Assembly (NCBI RefSeq): GCF_009914755.1
Contig: NC_060948.1
DNA from: the human T2T-CHM13v2.0 reference genome, Homo sapiens
Direction: 5' to 3' (one strand)
Length of the DNA: 64,000 bases
The translations under genes were made by a program, and so were the position numbers. The notes beneath the pieces were generated by a model. The model was not told the DNA's origin and did no database searches. It saw only the letters and a program-made list of their open reading frames with translations. How positions within the stretch are numbered: position 1 is the stretch's first letter; every line of letters starts with the position of its first letter. This document shows, in pieces, positions 1-12,884 of this stretch.

Positions 1-3000
1 CCAAATCATTGCATTTCTTTCCATTCCGTTCCTATCAATTCCATTCCATTCGATTTAGTTCGATTCTATTCACTTCCATTCCATTCGATTCCATTCCATT
101 GGAGTCAATTCCTTTCGACATCCAGCCTTTCCAGTCAATGATTTTGGAGTCCATTTTTTTGCATTCCATTACATTCTATGACATTCGATTCCGTTTCATT
201 GCATTCCATTCCATACATTTTTATTCCATTCGAGACCGTAGCATTCCACTTTATTCCAGGCCTGTCCATTACACTACATTCCCTTCCATTCCAATGAATT
301 CCATTCCATTCCAATCCATTCCTTTCCTTTCGCTTGCATTCCATTCTATTCTCTTCTACTGCATACAATTTCACTCCATTCGTTCCCATTCCATTCGATT
401 CCATTCCATTCAATTCCATTCCATTTGTTTCCATTCTCTTCGATTCCATTTCTTTATATTCCATGCCATTCGATTCCATTCTATTGGATTGAATTACATT
501 CGTGTTCATTCCATTCCAGACCATTCCATTTGACTCCATTCCTTTCGAGCCCTTTCAATTTGAGTCCATTCTTTCCAGTCCATTTCACTCCAGTCCATTA
601 CTATCCATTCCATACCATTCCATTCCATTCCATTCCATTCCATTGCATTCCATTCCATTCCATTCCATTGCACTGCACTCCATTCCATTACATTCTACTC
701 TATCTGAGTCGATTTCATTGCATTAGATTCTATTCCATTGGATTACTTTCCATTCGATTACATTTCATTCATGTACATTCCATTCCAGTCAATTACATTC
801 GAGTTCATTATATTACATTCCAGTATATTCCATTGTATTCGATCCCAATCCTTTCAATTCCATTTCATTCGACTCCATTATATTCGATTCCATTCCACTC
901 GAATCCATTCCATTAGAGGACATTCCATTCCAATGCATTCCATTCCATTCCATAGCATTCCATTGCATTCGATTCCATTCCATTTGATGCCATTCCATTT
1001 GATGCCATTCCATGACATTCCATTCCATTTGAGTCCATTCCGTTCCAATTCATTCCTTTCCGTTTCATGAAATTCGAGTCCTTTCCAGTACATTTCATTC
1101 CAATCCCATCCAATCCCATCTACTCCATTCAATTCCTTTCCATTCCATTTGATTATATTCCATTGATTTGATTCCATTCAGTTTGATTCCATTCCGTGAA
1201 ATTTCCTTCCATTCTCTTCCATTGCATTACTTTCCATTCAATTCCATTCCATTTCATTTCAGTCCATTCGCTTCCTTTCTTTTCGATTCAATTCCATTTG
1301 ATTCCACTCCATTCTATGCGATTTCATTCCAATCGATTCAATTCCATTCGATGACATTCCTTTCGTTTCCATTCCATTCGAGTCCATTCAGTTTGAGCAT
1401 TCGTGTCCATTCTATTCGAGTCCATTCCATTACCGTCTATTCTATTCCCTTCCATTCCTGTTGATTCAATTTCATTCCCTTCCATTCGATTCCTTTCCAT
1501 TCGATTCCATTCCTTTCCATTCCATTCCATTCGTTCCCATTCCATGTGATTTCATTCCATTCCAGTCCATTATATTCGAGTCCACTCCACTCCATTCTAT
1601 TACATTCAATTCCTTTTGAGTCCGTTCCATAACACTCCATTCATTTCGATTCCATTTCTTGCCAGTTTTCTTCCATTTTATTCCATTCCGTTCGATTCCA
1701 TTCCATTCGATTGCATTCCATTCGAATCCTTTCCATTCCATTTCATTCCATTCCTTTCTATTCCATTCCATTTCATTCGATTTGATTCCATTCTGTTCTA
1801 TTCCATTCAATTCTTTTTCATTCCATTCGAATCCTTTCTATTGCAGTCCATTCCATTCGAGTCCATTCCAATCCCTTCCATTCCATTCCATTACAGTCCA
1901 TTCCAATAGATTCCATTCCTTTGCCTTCCATTCGAATCCATTCCATTCTAGTCCATTCCATTTGAGTCAATTCCATTCTATTCCTTTCCAATCCATTCGA
2001 TTCCATTCGATTCAATTCCGTTTGATTCTCTTTCATTCTATTTTATTCCATGCCATTTGATTGCATTGCATTCCATTCCGTTTGATTCCAGTCCATTCAA
2101 GATAGTTCCATTCCAGTCCATTGCTTTCCAGTCCATTCCATTCCACTCTAGTCTATTCCACTCCATTCCTTTCCATTCCATTCCATACTATTCCATTCCA
2201 TTCCTTTGCTTTCCGTTTCCAATCTATTCGAGTCCATTGCATTCCAGTCCAATCCATTCGATTACATTCTTTTGATTCCCTGCCAGTCGATTGCATTGCA
2301 TACTAGACCATTCCAAACGAGTCCATTCCATTCTATTTCAACACTTTCCATTCCACTCTCTTCGAGTCCATTCCATTCCAGTCCATTTAATTCAAGGGCA
2401 TTCCATTCCATTCTATTCCATTTCCTATTATTCCATTCCATTCAATTCCATTCGAGATGATTCCATTCCATTCTATACCATTGCTCTCTGTTCCATTCCA
2501 TTCCATCTGTCTCCATTCCTTTCGTTTCGATTCCTTTCCATTCCATTCCATTACATTTGATCCTATTTTATTAAATTGCATTCTATTCGAGTGATTTCCA
2601 TTCGAGTCCTTAGCATTCGATTCCATTCCATTCTATTCCATTCCTTTGGATTCCATTCCGTTCCGTTCCGTTCACATCAATTCCTTGCGATTCCATTACA
2701 TTCGATTTCTTGCCATTCGATTCCATTCCTTTTGACTCCATTTCATTCGATTCCATTCCATTCCATTAATTTCCATTCCATTCGAGACCTTTCCATTGCA
2801 GTCTTTTCCCTTCGAGTCCATTCCGTTCGATTCCCTTCCATTCGATTCCATTCCATTGGAGTCCGTACCAGTCGAGTCCATTCTATTCCAGTCAATTAGT
2901 TTCGACTCCATTGCATTCGAGTGCATTCCATTCCGTGGCTGTCCATTCCATTTCGTTTGATGCCATTCCATAAGATTCCATTCAATTCGAGACCATTCTA

Positions 3001-3522
3001 TTCCTGTCCATTCCTTGTGGTTCGATTCCATTTCACTCTAGTCCATTCCATTCCATTGAATTCCATTCAACTCTATTCCGTTCCATTCAATTCCATTCCT
3101 TTCGATTCCCTTTTTTTCGAGAACCTTCCATTACACTCCCTTCCATTCCAGTGCATTCCATTCCAGTCTCTTCAGTTCGATTCCATTCCATTCGTTTCGA
3201 TTCCATTCCATTCCAGCCCATTCCATTCCATTCCATTCCGTTCCTTTCCGTTTCATTAGATTCCATTGCATTCGATTCCATTCAATTCAATTCCGTGCTA
3301 TTCAATTTGATTCATTTCCATTTAATTCCATTCCATTATATTCCATTCCTTTCGATTCCATTCCTTTCGAATCCATTCCATTGGAGTGCATTCACTTCCA
3401 GAACATTCCATTCCAGTCGAATCCATTCGAGTACATTCCATTAAAGTTCATTACATTCTAATACATTCCATTCCATTGCATTCCATTCCATTCCTTTCGA
3501 TGCCATTCGATTCCAATCCATG
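1..3522 (+). repeat. Unit U1 (3522 bp)
   Basis: Anchor at 1, next anchor at 3523; extra 1-bp deletions near 571 and 2270. Confidence 0.9.
245..301 (+). other. Unit landmark: TCCACTTTATTCCAGGCCTGTCC with HaeIII/StuI site (GGCC 259-262) and EcoRI site (296-301)
   Basis: Read directly. It recurs at the same offset in every unit that keeps this segment (e.g. GGCC at 7335, 13143). From memory it matches the widely used DYZ1 sexing-PCR forward primer. Confidence 0.85.
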
Positions 3523-6500
3523 CCAAATCATTGCATTCCTTTCCATTCCGTTCCTATCAATTCCATTCCATTCGATTTAGTTCGATTCTATTCACTTCCA
3601 TTCCATTCGATTCCATTCCATTGGAGTCAATTCCTTTCGACACCCAGCCTTTCCAGTCAATGATTTTGGATTCCATTTTTTTGCATTCCATTACATTCTA
3701 TGACATTCGATTCCGTTTCATTGCATTCCATTCCATACATTTTTATTCCATTCGAGACCGTAGCATTCCACTTTATTCCAGGCCTGTCCATTACACTACA
3801 TTCCCTTCCATTCCAATGAATTCCATTCCATTCCAATCCATTCCTTTCCTTTCGCTTGCATTCCATTCTATTCTCTTCTACTGCATACAATTTCACTCCA
3901 TTCGTTCCCATTCCATTCAATTCCATTCCATTCAATTCCATTCCATTTGTTTCCATTCTCTTCGATTCCATTTCTTTATATTCCATGCCATTCGATTCCA
4001 TTCTATTGGATTGCATTACATTCGTGTTCATTCCATTCCAGACCATTCCATTTGACTCCATTCCTTTCGAGCCCTTTCAATTTGAGTCCATTCCTTTCCA
4101 GTCCATTTCACTCCAGTCCATTACTATCCATTCCATACCATTGCATCCCATTCCATTCCATTCCATTCCATTCCATTCCATTCCATTCCATTGCATTCAA
4201 TTCCATTCCATTCCATTGCACTGCACTCCATTCCATTACATTCTACTCTATCTGAGTCGGTTTTATTGCATTAGATTGTATTCCATTGGATTACTTTCCA
4301 TTCGATTACATTCCATTCATGTACATTCCATTCCAGTCAATTACATTCGAGTTCATTACATTACATTCCAGTATATTCCATTGTATTCGATCCCATTCCT
4401 TTCAATTCCATTTCATTCGACTCCATTATATTCGATTCCATTCCACTCGAATCCATTCCATTAGAGGACATTCCATTCCAATGCATTCCATTCCATTCCA
4501 TAACATTCCATTGCATTCGATTCCATTCCATTTGATGTCATTCCATTTGATGCCATTCCATGACATTCCATTCCATTCGAGTCCCTTCCGTTCCAATTCA
4601 TTCCATTCCGTTTCATGAAATTCGAGTCCTTTCCAGTACATTTCATTCCAATCCCATCCAATCCAATCTACTCCATTCAATTCCTTTCCATTCCATTTGA
4701 TTAGATTCCATTGATGTGATTCCATTCAGTTTGATTCCATTCCGTGAAATTTCGTTCCATTCTATTCCATTGCATTACTTTCCATTCAATTCCATTCCAT
4801 TTCATTTCAGTCCATTCGCTTCCTTTCCTTTCGATTCAATTCCATTTGATTCCACTCCATTCTATGCGATTTCATTCCAATCGATTCAATTCCATTCGAT
4901 GACATTCCTTTCGTTTCCATTCTATTCGAGTCCATTCAATTTGAGCATTCGTGTCCATTCTATTCGAGTCCATTCCATTACCGTCTATTCTATTCCCTTC
5001 CATTCCTGTTGATTCAATTTCATTCCCTTCCATTCGATTCCTTTCCATTCGATTCCATTCCTTTCCATTCCATTCCATTCGTTCCCATTCCGTGTGATTT
5101 CATTCCATTCCAGTCCATTATATTCGAGTCCACTCCACTCCATTCTATTACATTCAATTCCTTTTGAGTCCGTTCCATAACACTCCATTCATTTCGATTC
5201 CATTTCTTGCCAGTTTGCTTCCATTTTATTCCATTCCGTTCGATTCCATTCCATTCGATTGCATTCCATTCGAATCCTTTCCATTCCATTTCATTCCATT
5301 CCTTTCTATTCCATTCCATTTCATTCGATTTGATTCCATTCTGTTCTATTCCATTCAATTCTTTTTCATTCCATTCGAATCCTTTCTATTGCAGTCCATT
5401 CCATTCGAGTCCATTCCAATCCCTTCCATTACATTCCATTACAGTCCATTCCAATAGATTCCATTCCTTTGCCTTCCATTCGAATCCATTCCATTCTAGT
5501 CCATTCCATTTGAGTCAATTCCATTCCATTCCATTCTATTCCTTTCCAATCCATTCGATTCCATTCGATTCAATTCCATTTGATTCTCTTTCATTCTATT
5601 TTATTCCATGCCATTTGATTGCATTGCATTCCATTCCGTTTGATTCCAGTCCATTCAAGAAAGTTCCATTCAAGTCCATTGCTTTCCAGTCCATTCCATT
5701 CCACTCTAGTCTATTCCACTCCATTCCTTTCCATTCCATTCCATACTATTCCATTCCATTCCTTTGCATTCCGTTTCCAATCTATTCGAGTCCATTGCAT
5801 TCCAGTCCAATCCATTCGATTACATTCCTTTTGATTCCCTGCCAGTCGATTGCATTGCATACTACACCATTCCAAAGGAGTCCATTCCATTCTACCTCAA
5901 CACTTTCCATTCCACTCTGTTCGAGTCCATTCCATTCCAGTCCATTTAATTCAAGGGCATTCCATTCCATTCCATTCCATTTCATATTATTCCATTCCAT
6001 TCAATTCCATTCCAGATGATTCCATTCCATTCTATACCATTGCTCTCTGTTCCATTCCATTCCATCTGTCTCCATTCCTTTCGTTTCGATTCCTTTCCAT
6101 TCCATTCCATTACATTTGATCCTATTTTATTAAATTGCATTCTATTCGAGTGATTTCCATTCGAGTCCTTTCCATTCGATTCCATTCCATTCTATTCCAT
6201 TCATTTGGATTCCATTCCATTCCGTTCCGTTCACATCAATTCCTTGCGATTCCATTACATTCGATTTCTTGCCATTCGATTCCATTCCTTTTGACTCCAT
6301 TTCATTCGATTCCATTCCATTCCATTAATTTCCATTCCATTCGAGACCTTTCCATTGCAGTCTTTTCCCTTCGAGTCCATTCCGTTCGATTCCCTTCCAT
6401 TCGATTCCATTCCATTTTAGTCCGTACCAGTCGAGTCCATTCTATTCCAGTCCATTAGTTTCGACTCCATTGCATTCGAGTGCATTCCATTCCGTGGCTG

Positions 6501-7076
6501 TCCATTCCATTCCGTTTGATGCCATTCCATACGATTCCATTCAATTCGAGACCATTCTATTCCTGTCCATTCCTTGTGGTTCGATTCCATTTCACTCTAC
6601 TCCATTCCATTCCATTCAATTCCATTCGACTCTATTCCGTTCCATTCAATTCCATTCCATTCGATTCCATTTTTGTCGAGAACCTTCCATTACACTCCCT
6701 TCCATTCCAGTGCATTCCATTCCAGTCTCTTCAGTTCGATTCCATTCCATTCGTTTCGATTCCTTTCCATTCCAGCCCATTCCATTCCATTCCCTTCCTT
6801 TCCGTTTCATTAGATTCCATTGCATTCGATTCCATTCAATTCAATTCCGTGCTATTCAATTTGATTCATTTCCATTTAATTCCTTTCCATTAGATTCCAT
6901 TCCCTACGATTCCATTCCTTTTGAATCCATTCCATTGGAGTCCATTCACTTCCAGAACATTCCATTACAGTCGAATCCATTCGAGGACATTCCATTAAAG
7001 TTCATTACATTCTAATACATTCCATTCCATTGCATTCCATTCCATTCCATTCGATGCCGTTCGATTTCATTCCATG
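3523..7076 (+). repeat. Unit U2 (3554 bp)
   Basis: Anchor-to-anchor spacing. Confidence 0.9.
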
Positions 7077-10000
7077 CCAAATCATTGCATTCCTTTCCAT
7101 TCCGTTCCTATCAATTCCATTCCATTCGATTTAGTTCGATTCTATTCACTTCCATTCCATTCGATTCCATTCCTTTGGAGTCAATTCCTTTTGACACCCA
7201 GCCTTTCCAGTCAGTGATTTTGGAGTCCATTTTTTTGCATTCCATTTCATTCTATGACATTCGATTCCGTTTCATTGCATTCCATTCCATACATTTTTAT
7301 TCCATTCGAGACCGTAGCATTCTGCTTTATTCCAGGCCTGTCCATTACACTACATTCCCTTCCATTCCAATGAATTCCATTGCATTCCAATCCATTCCTT
7401 TCCTTTCGCTTGCATTCCATTCTATTCTCTTCTACTGCATACAATTTCACTCCATTCGTTCCCATTCCATTCAATTCCATTCCATTCAATTCCATTCCAT
7501 TTGTTTCCATTCTCTTCGATTCCATTTTTTTATATTCCATGCCATTCGATTCCATTCTATTGGATTGCATTACATTCGTGTTCATTCCATTCCAGACCAT
7601 TCCATTTGACTCCATTCCTTTCGAGCCCTTTCAATTTGAGTCCATTCCTTTCCAGTCCATTTCACTCCAGTCCATTACAATCCATTCCATACCATTCCAT
7701 CCCATTCCATTCCATTCCATTCCACTCCATTCCATTCCATTCCATTCCATTCCATTGCATTCCATTCCATTCCGTTATATTGCACTGCACTCCATTCCAT
7801 TACATTCTACTCTATCTGAGTCGATTTTATTGCATTAGATTCTATTCCTTTGGATTACTTTCCATTCAATTACATTCCATTCATGTACATTCCATTCCAG
7901 TCAATTACATTCGAGATCATTACATTACATTCCAGTATATTCCATTGTATTCGATCCCATTCCTTTCAATTCCATTTCATTCGACTCCATTATATTCGAT
8001 TCCATTCCACTCGAATCCATTCCATTAGAGGACATTCCATTCCAATGCATTCCATTCCATTCCATAGCATTCCATTGCATTCGATTCCATTCCATTTGAT
8101 GCCATTCCATTTGATGCCATTCCATGACATTCCATTCCATTCGAGTCCATTCCGTTCCAATTCATTCCATTCCGTTTCATGAAATTCGAGTCCTTTCCAG
8201 TACATTTCAATCCAATCCCATCCAATCCAATCTACTCCATTCAATTCCTTTCCATTCCATTTGATTATATTCCATTGATTTGATTCCATTCAGTTTGATT
8301 CCATTCCGTGAAATTTCGTTCCATTCTATTCCATTGCATTACTTTCCATTCAATTCCATTCCATTTCATTTCAGTCCATTCGTTTCCTTTCCTTTCGATT
8401 CAATTCCATTTGATTCCACTCCATTCTATGCGATTTCATTCCAATCGATTCAATTCCATTCGATGACATTCCTTTCGTTTCCATTCCATTCGAGTCCATT
8501 CAATTGGAGCATTCGTGTCCATTCTATTCGAGTCCATTCCATTACCGTCTATTCTGTTCCCTTCCATTCCTGTTGATTCAATTTCATTCCCTTCCATTCG
8601 ATTCCTTTCCATTCGATTCCATTCCTTTCCATTCCATTCCATTCGTTCCCATTCCATGTGATTTCATTCCATTCCAGTCCATTATATTCGAGTCCACTCC
8701 ACTCCATTCTATTACATTCAATTCCTTTTGAGTCCGTTCCATAACACTCCATTCATTTCGATTCCATTTCTTGCCAGTTTTCTTCCATTTTATTCCATTC
8801 CGTTCGATTCCATTCCATTCGATTGCATTCCATTCGAATCCTTTCCATTCCATTTCATTCCATTCCTTTCTATTCCATTCCATTTCATTCGATTTGATTC
8901 CATTCTGTTCTATTCCATTCAATTCTTTTTCATTCCATTCGAATCCTTTCTATTGCAGTCCATTCCATTCGAGTCCATTCCAATCCCTTCCATTCCATTC
9001 CATTACAGTCCATTCCAATAGATTCCATTCCTTTGCCTTCCATTCGAATCCATTCCATTCTAGTCCATTCCATTTGAGTCAATTCCATTCTATTCCTTTC
9101 CAATCCATTCGATTCCATTCGATTCAATTCCGTTTGATTCTCTTTCATTCTATTTTATTCCATGCCATTTGATTGCATTGCATTCCATTCCGTTTGATTC
9201 CAGTCCATTCAAGATAGTTCCATTCCAGTCCATTGCTTTCCAGTCCATTCCATTCCACTCTAGTCTATTCCACTCCATTCCTTTCCATTCCATTCCATAC
9301 TATTCCATTCCATTCCTTTGCATTCCGTTTCCAATCTATTCGAGTCCATTGCATTCCAGTCCAATCCATTCGATTACATTCCTTTTGATTCCCTGCCAGT
9401 CGATTGCATTGCATACTAGACCATTCCAAAGGAGTCCATTCCATTCTATCTCAACACTTTCCATTCCACTCTGTTCGAGTCCATTCCATTCCAGTCCATT
9501 TAATTCAAGGGCATTCCATTCCATTCCATTCCATTCCATTTCATATTATTCCATTCCATTCAATTCCATTCCAGATGATTCCATTCCATTCTATACCATT
9601 GCTCTCTGTTCCATTCCATTCCATATGTCTCCATTCCTTTCGTTTCGATTCCTTTCCATTCCATTCCATTACATTTGATCCTATTTTATTAAATTGCATT
9701 CTATTCGAGTGATTTCCATTCGAGTCCTTTCCATTCGATTCCATTCCATTCTATTCCATTCCTTTGGATTCCATTCCATTCCGTTCCGTTCACATCAATT
9801 CCTTGCGATTCCATTACATTCGATTTCTTGCCATTCGATTCCATTCCTTTTGACTCCATTTCATTCGATTCCATTCCATTCCATTAATTTCCATTCCATT
9901 CGAGACCTTTCCATTGCAGTCTTTTCCCTTCGAGTCCATTCCGTTCGATTCCCTTCCATTCGATTCCATTCCATTGGAGTCCGTACCAGTCGAGTCCATT

Positions 10001-12884
10001 CTATTCCAGTCCATTAGTTTCGACTCCATTGCATTCGAGTGCATTCCATTCCGTGGCTGTCCATTCCATTCCGTTTGATGCCATTCCATACGATTCCATT
10101 CAATTCGAGACCATTCTATTCCTGTCCATTCCTTGTGGTTCGATTCCATTTCACTCTAGTCCATTCCATTCCATTCAATTCCATTCGACTCTATTCCGTT
10201 CCATTCAATTCCATTCCATTCGATTCCATTTTTTTCGAGAACCTTCCATTACACTCCCTTCCATTCCAGTGCATTCCATTCCAGTCTCTTCAGTTCGATT
10301 CCATTCCATTCCATAGCATTCCATTGCATTCGATTCCATTCCATTTGATGCCATTCCATTTGATGCCATTCCATGACATTCCATTCCATTCGAGTCCATT
10401 CCGTTCCAATTCATTCCATTCCGTTTCATGAAATTCGAGTCCTTTCCAGTACATTTCATTCCAATCCCATCCAATCCCATCTACTCCATTCAATTCCTTT
10501 CCATTCCATTTGATTATATTCCATTGATTTGATTCCATTCAGTTTGATTCCATTCCGTGAAATCTCCTTCCATTCTCTTCCATTGCATTACTTTCCATTC
10601 AATTCCATTCCATTTCATTTCAGTCCATTCGCTTCCTTTCCTTTCGATTCAATTCCATTTGATTCCACTCCATTCTATGCGATTTCATTCCAATCGATTC
10701 AATTCCATTCGATGACATTCCTTTCGTTTCCATTCCATTCGAGTCCATTCAATTTGAGCATTCGTGTCCATTCTATTCGAGTCCATTCCATTACCGTCTA
10801 TTCTATTCCCTTCCATTCCTGTTGATTCAATTTCATTCCCTTCCATTCGATTCCTTTCCATTCGATTCCATTCCTTTCCATTCCATTCCATTCGTTCCCA
10901 TTCCATGTGATTTCATTCCATTCCAGTCCATTATATTCGAGTCCACTCCACTCCATTCTATTACATTCAATTCCTTTTGAGTCCGTTCCATAAAACTCCA
11001 TTCATTTCTATCCCATTTCTTGCCAGTTTTCTTCCATTTTATTCCATTCCGTTCGATTCCATTCCATTCGATTGTATTCCATTCGAATCCTTTCCATTCC
11101 ATTTCATTCCATTCCTTTCTATTCCATTCCATTTCATGCGATTTGATTCCATTCTGTTCTATTCCATTCAATTCTTTTTCATTCTATTCGAATCCATTCT
11201 ATTGCAGTCCATTCCAATCGAGTCCATTCCAATCCCTTCCATTCCATTCCATTACAGTCCATTCCAATAGATTCCATTCCTTTGCCTTCCATTCGAATCC
11301 ATTCCATTCTAGTCCATTCCATTTGAGTCAATTCCATTCCATTCCATTCTATTCCTTTCCAATCCATTCGATTCCATTCGATTCAATTCCATTTGATTCT
11401 CTTTCATTCTATTTTATTCCATGCCATTTGATTGCATTGCATTCCATTCCGTTTGATTCCAGTCCATTCAAGAAAGTTCCATTCCAGTCCATTGCTTTCC
11501 AGTCCATTCCATTCCACTCTAGTCTATTCCACTCCATTCCTTTCCATTCCATTCCATACTATTCCATTCCATTCCTTTGCATTCCGTTTCCAATCTATTC
11601 GAGTCCATTGCATTCCAGTCCAATCCATTCGATTCCATTCCTTTTGATTCCCTGCCAGTCGATTGCATTGCATACTACACCATCCCAAAGGAGTCCATTC
11701 CATTCTCTTTCAACACATTCCATTGCACTCTGTTCGAGTCCATTCCATTCCAGTCCATTTAATTCAAGGGCATTCCATTCCATTCCATTTCATATTATTC
11801 CATTCCATTCAATTCCATTCCAGATGATTCCATTCCATCCTATACCATTGCTCTCTGTTCCATTCCATTCCATCTGTCTCCATTCCTTTCGTTTCGATTC
11901 CTTTCCATTCCATTCCATTACATTTGATCCTATTTTATTAAATTGCATTCTATTCGAGTGATTTCCATTCGAGTCCTTTCCATTCGATTCCATTCCATTC
12001 TATTCCATTCCTTTGGATTCCATTCCATTCCGTTCCGTTCACATCAATTCCTTGTGATTCCATTACATTCGATTTCTTGCCATTCGATTCCATTCCTTTT
12101 GACTCCATTTCATTCGATTCCATTCCATTCCATTAATTTCCATTCCATTCGAGACCTTTCCATTGCAGTCTTTTCCCTTCGAGTCCATTCCGTTCGATTC
12201 CCTTCCATTCGATTCCATTCCATTGGAGTCCGTACCAGTCGAGTCCATTCTATTCCAGTCCATTAGTTTCGACTCCATTGCATTCGAGTGCATTCCATTC
12301 CGTGGCTGTCCATTCCATTCCGTTTGATGCCATTCCATACGATTCCATTCAATTCGAGACCATTCTATTCCTGTCCATTCCTTGTGGTTCGATTCCATTT
12401 CACTCTAGTCCATTCCATTCCATTCAATTCCATTCGACTCTATTCCGTTCCATTCAATTCCATTCCATTCGATTCCATTTTTGTCGAGAACCTTCCATTA
12501 CACTCCCTTCCATTCCAGTGCATTCCATTCCAGTCTCTTCAGTTCGATTCCATTCCATTCGTTTCGATTCCTTTCCATTCCAGCCCATTCCATTCCATTC
12601 CTTTCCTTTCCGTTTCATTAGATTCCATTGCATTCGATTCCATTCAATTCAATTCCGTGCTATTCAATTTGATTCATTTCCATTTAATTCCATTCCATTA
12701 GATTCCATACCGTACGATTCCATTCCTTTTGAATCCATTCCATTGGAGTCCATTCACTTCCAGAACATTCCATTACAGTCGAATCCATTCGAGGACATTC
12801 CATTAAAGTTCACTACATTCTAATACATTCCATTCCATTGCATTCCATTCCATTCCATTCGATGCCGTTCGATTCCATTCCATG
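7077..12884 (+). repeat. Fused units U3+U4 (5808 bp), ~1.3 kb deleted across the unit boundary
   Basis: Junction CAGTTCG-ATTCCATTCCATTC-CATAGC at 10298-10311; landmark spacing 9694 to 11943 is 2249 bp. Confidence 0.9.

Noticed and set aside
981-1020. CATTTGATG motifs suggesting HSat2
   Set aside because: They are only a local 15-bp tandem duplication within the unit; the array lacks the pervasive GATGAT-containing 23/26-bp HSat2 periodicity.
11020-11961. Longest ORF (313 aa), also the 305-aa ORFs at 24984 and 28543
   Set aside because: Length depends on 5-bp indels fusing frames; equivalent units give 70-270 aa.
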